Under the pieces are notes generated by a model. That model was not told the origin of the DNA, did not search any database, and saw only the letters and a list, made by a program, of their open reading frames with translations. DNA of 57,910 bases, taken from contig JAZDNV010000031.1 of the NCBI GenBank assembly GCA_043799385.1, positions 1-57,910 of the forward strand, given 5' to 3'. This document shows positions 55,935 through 57,910 of the stretch, piece by piece (the first letter of the stretch is position 1; every line of letters starts with the position of its first letter). The DNA is from Candidatus Aenigmatarchaeota archaeon (GTDB lineage: Archaea > Aenigmatarchaeota > Aenigmatarchaeia > GW2011-AR5). Made by a program: the position numbers and the translations under genes.

Positions 55935-57128
55935 TCATTTCTTCTTTTTTATGATTTTTCTATAAAGCAGATATGCAACTATTGCAAGTATTACTATGTA
56001 CAAGAATAAATTTGAACTTCCGCCTTGTGCGGCCTCATCCTTGGTGCTTACGGTTATATCAATATCATGTTTTTCGGAATACGGGTTGCCATAGACATCT
56101 TTATATGAAATCTCGATGTCTATCGGGTAATCGCCAGTGGCCACGTTAGCGACGCTGAACGTTAATGTTTCTGTGTCGTAATCGTCTGACTTGATATTTC
56201 CAACGTAGATCTCGCTCGGTTTTATATTCGTTATAACATCCGAACTCAGAACGTTTACGGTCAGAAATAACGCCTCCTGTGTTCCGGCATTTGCGATTTT
56301 TATATCAGCTTTGCCTTCCATTCCAGGAGCGACAATATCCTGTGAATCAAGAGAAACTATGAAATCAAAGTCACCGACTACCTTCAACCCCACTGTAGAG
56401 TTTATGCTCTGCTTCGTGCCGGTCTGGTCGTCGTATTCAATACTTACGACAAGAGAGTATATGCCCGGAGATGAACCTGGTTTGGTTATGATGTCTATCG
56501 GAACTGCTGCCTCTACGTTTTCAGCTATGCTTGATACGAATTTCTTGTTGTCCGAGCCTAGCGGCAGGATTGTATCAGCCGGGTCGTCCCATGATATCTT
56601 TACATTGTTGACAGTTGTCTTGCCAGAATTTTTCAGGGTAAATGTTATTTTTGTGCTCTCACCGGCTTTCAATGAAGACGGGCTTACATCAACTATCTCC
56701 AGCGAAGTCGGCGACTGGACTTTTATCAGTGCGTTCTTGACATAGCTGTCGCACGTGCCTGTCGTCGTGCAGGCGTCTATCAGAAACTCCACTGTGTAGA
56801 AACCAGATGGCGCATTCAGAGGCACGTTGAACTTATACACCACAGACATCGCCTTGCTCACTCCAAGACCACCAAGATTTTCAAGGTATGACGTTGTCTT
56901 TAGTGCAATAGGGGAGTCAATTTTTATGGACCTAACTTTTATGCTGTCTATTGATGTCGTTCCTGCGTTCGTAAGCGTCAGCGTTATATAACCATCGTTC
57001 CCTGATGCTACCGTAGCAGGTGACGTTGATGCGTCTACCTGCAGTATATAAGTTAAAGCACTGGCTGTATATAATAATATAGACAATAAAATGGCTGAAA
57101 TCAAAAATGTAGATTTTTTAATGCGCAT
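55935..57128 (-). CDS. COG1361 S-layer-like Ig-repeat protein
   Basis: Signal peptide, repeated Ig-like units (L.N.G, G.Y...I.Y.D..G), C-terminal TM; usual partner of archaeal MacB operons. Confidence 0.8.
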   Translation of the reverse strand: MRIKKSTFLISAILLSILLYTASALTYILQVDASTSPATVASGNDGYITLTLTNAGTTSIDSIKVRSIKIDSPIALKTTSYLENLGGLGVSKAMSVVYKFNVPLNAPSGFYTVEFLIDACTTTGTCDSYVKNALIKVQSPTSLEIVDVSPSSLKAGESTKITFTLKNSGKTTVNNVKISWDDPADTILPLGSDNKKFVSSIAENVEAAVPIDIITKPGSSPGIYSLVVSIEYDDQTGTKQSINSTVGLKVVGDFDFIVSLDSQDIVAPGMEGKADIKIANAGTQEALFLTVNVLSSDVITNIKPSEIYVGNIKSDDYDTETLTFSVANVATGDYPIDIEISYKDVYGNPYSEKHDIDITVSTKDEAAQGGSSNLFLYIVILAIVAYLLYRKIIKKKK

Positions 57129-57141
57129 ATTTCTACCTTTT

Positions 57142-57447
57142 CTAGTTAAGTATTAAAAACTTTTTTGCGATTGGAGCGGATGCCGGGAACACCATAATCA
57201 ACATCAATGCAAAAAGTTCTGGCATGTGTTCGGGGTGTTTTTCCAGATATTTCAACAGTATACTGGTATAATATGACGGAGCTTCCTTAGGATTGTCAAC
57301 CAATCGTTTCAACCAGTCAATATGAACGAAAGGATAGATAGATTTTGGATAATTTCTAGTGATGAGTGTGTAACCGAAGAGTTTCGTATTATTATTAGTG
57401 TTATACCTTTTTCTCACACATGTTATTTCATCCTTTTCTTCTGCCAT
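57142..57447 (-). CDS. Hypothetical protein
   Basis: AT-rich 101-aa ORF between the ABC ATPase and the COG1361 gene; 20-nt overlap with the ATPase. Confidence 0.45.
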   Translation of the reverse strand: MAEEKDEITCVRKRYNTNNNTKLFGYTLITRNYPKSIYPFVHIDWLKRLVDNPKEAPSYYTSILLKYLEKHPEHMPELFALMLIMVFPASAPIAKKFLILN

Positions 57448-57910
57448 TTTTACACCCCCGTATTATCTTTCCATCCTTTAAATGAACAATTCTGTCAGCC
57501 TTTTTTGCAATGTTCATGTCGTGAGTAACCATAACGACGGTTAACCCCTTTTTATTCAAATCCATTAAAATATTTATGATTTCCTGCCCTGTTTTAGAAT
57601 CAAGGTTACCAGTCGGCTCGTCCGCAAGTATTATTTTAGGATTATTTGCCAATGCACGGGCAATCGCTACTCGCTGCATCTCGCCGCCTGATAGCTGCGA
57701 AGGACGATGATTTTTTCTTTCCTTGAGCCCGACGATATCCAAGAGATGCCCTGCCCTCTCCTTATCGACACTTCCGCGGAATATCATAGGTAGAAGGACG
57801 TTTTTGTACGTTGTCAGCGAAGGGAGCAAATAAAAGAACTGGAAGATAAACCCGATTTTGTCCCCACGAACATCGGCTAATTCGTTGTCGCTCAGCTTTG
57901 AAACGTCCTC
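57428..57910 (-). CDS. MacB/LolD-type ABC ATP-binding protein (5' end outside window)
   Basis: [44 protein letters not shown]. Confidence 0.93.
   Translation of the reverse strand, partial: EDVSKLSDNELADVRGDKIGFIFQFFYLLPSLTTYKNVLLPMIFRGSVDKERAGHLLDIVGLKERKNHRPSQLSGGEMQRVAIARALANNPKIILADEPTGNLDSKTGQEIINILMDLNKKGLTVVMVTHDMNIAKKADRIVHLKDGKIIRGCKNGRRKG

Noticed and set aside
57428-57447. Overlap of the ABC ATPase end with the next ORF as a possible frameshift
   Set aside because: The ATPase domain is complete through the H-loop and final strand; the overlap is ordinary

Overview
Chromosomal window from an archaeon. The gene set (aEF-1a, aEF-2, eL21, Rpo4, eIF6, exosome, proteasome alpha), the sparse metabolic content and the interrupted tRNAs suggest a DPANN lineage, possibly Aenigmarchaeota-like (inference). 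It carries core information-processing clusters: rpl21e-rpo4-DUF655, tuf/rps10, eIF6-pfdA-ftsY, psmA-SBDS-rrp4/41/42 and rps12-rps7-fusA. It also has three giant surface proteins, two ABC exporter operons and a sulfur/Fe-S locus (iscS-iscU facing sufS-trxB). Highlights missed by the ORF track: (1) a 14-aa poly-cysteine micro-ORF (MKKNKCCCCCCCKC) with its own SD, between a Cys-tailed PadR and iscS-iscU, a candidate cysteine-sensing leader or sulfur/metal-binding peptide; (2) four copies of a ~90-100 bp MITE with IS903-like TIRs, 9-bp TSDs and covarying internal hairpins; (3) all five tRNA genes are interrupted, three at non-canonical sites, and several introns share one pyrimidine/purine hairpin. 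No CRISPR array, rRNA, transposase or reverse transcriptase was seen.
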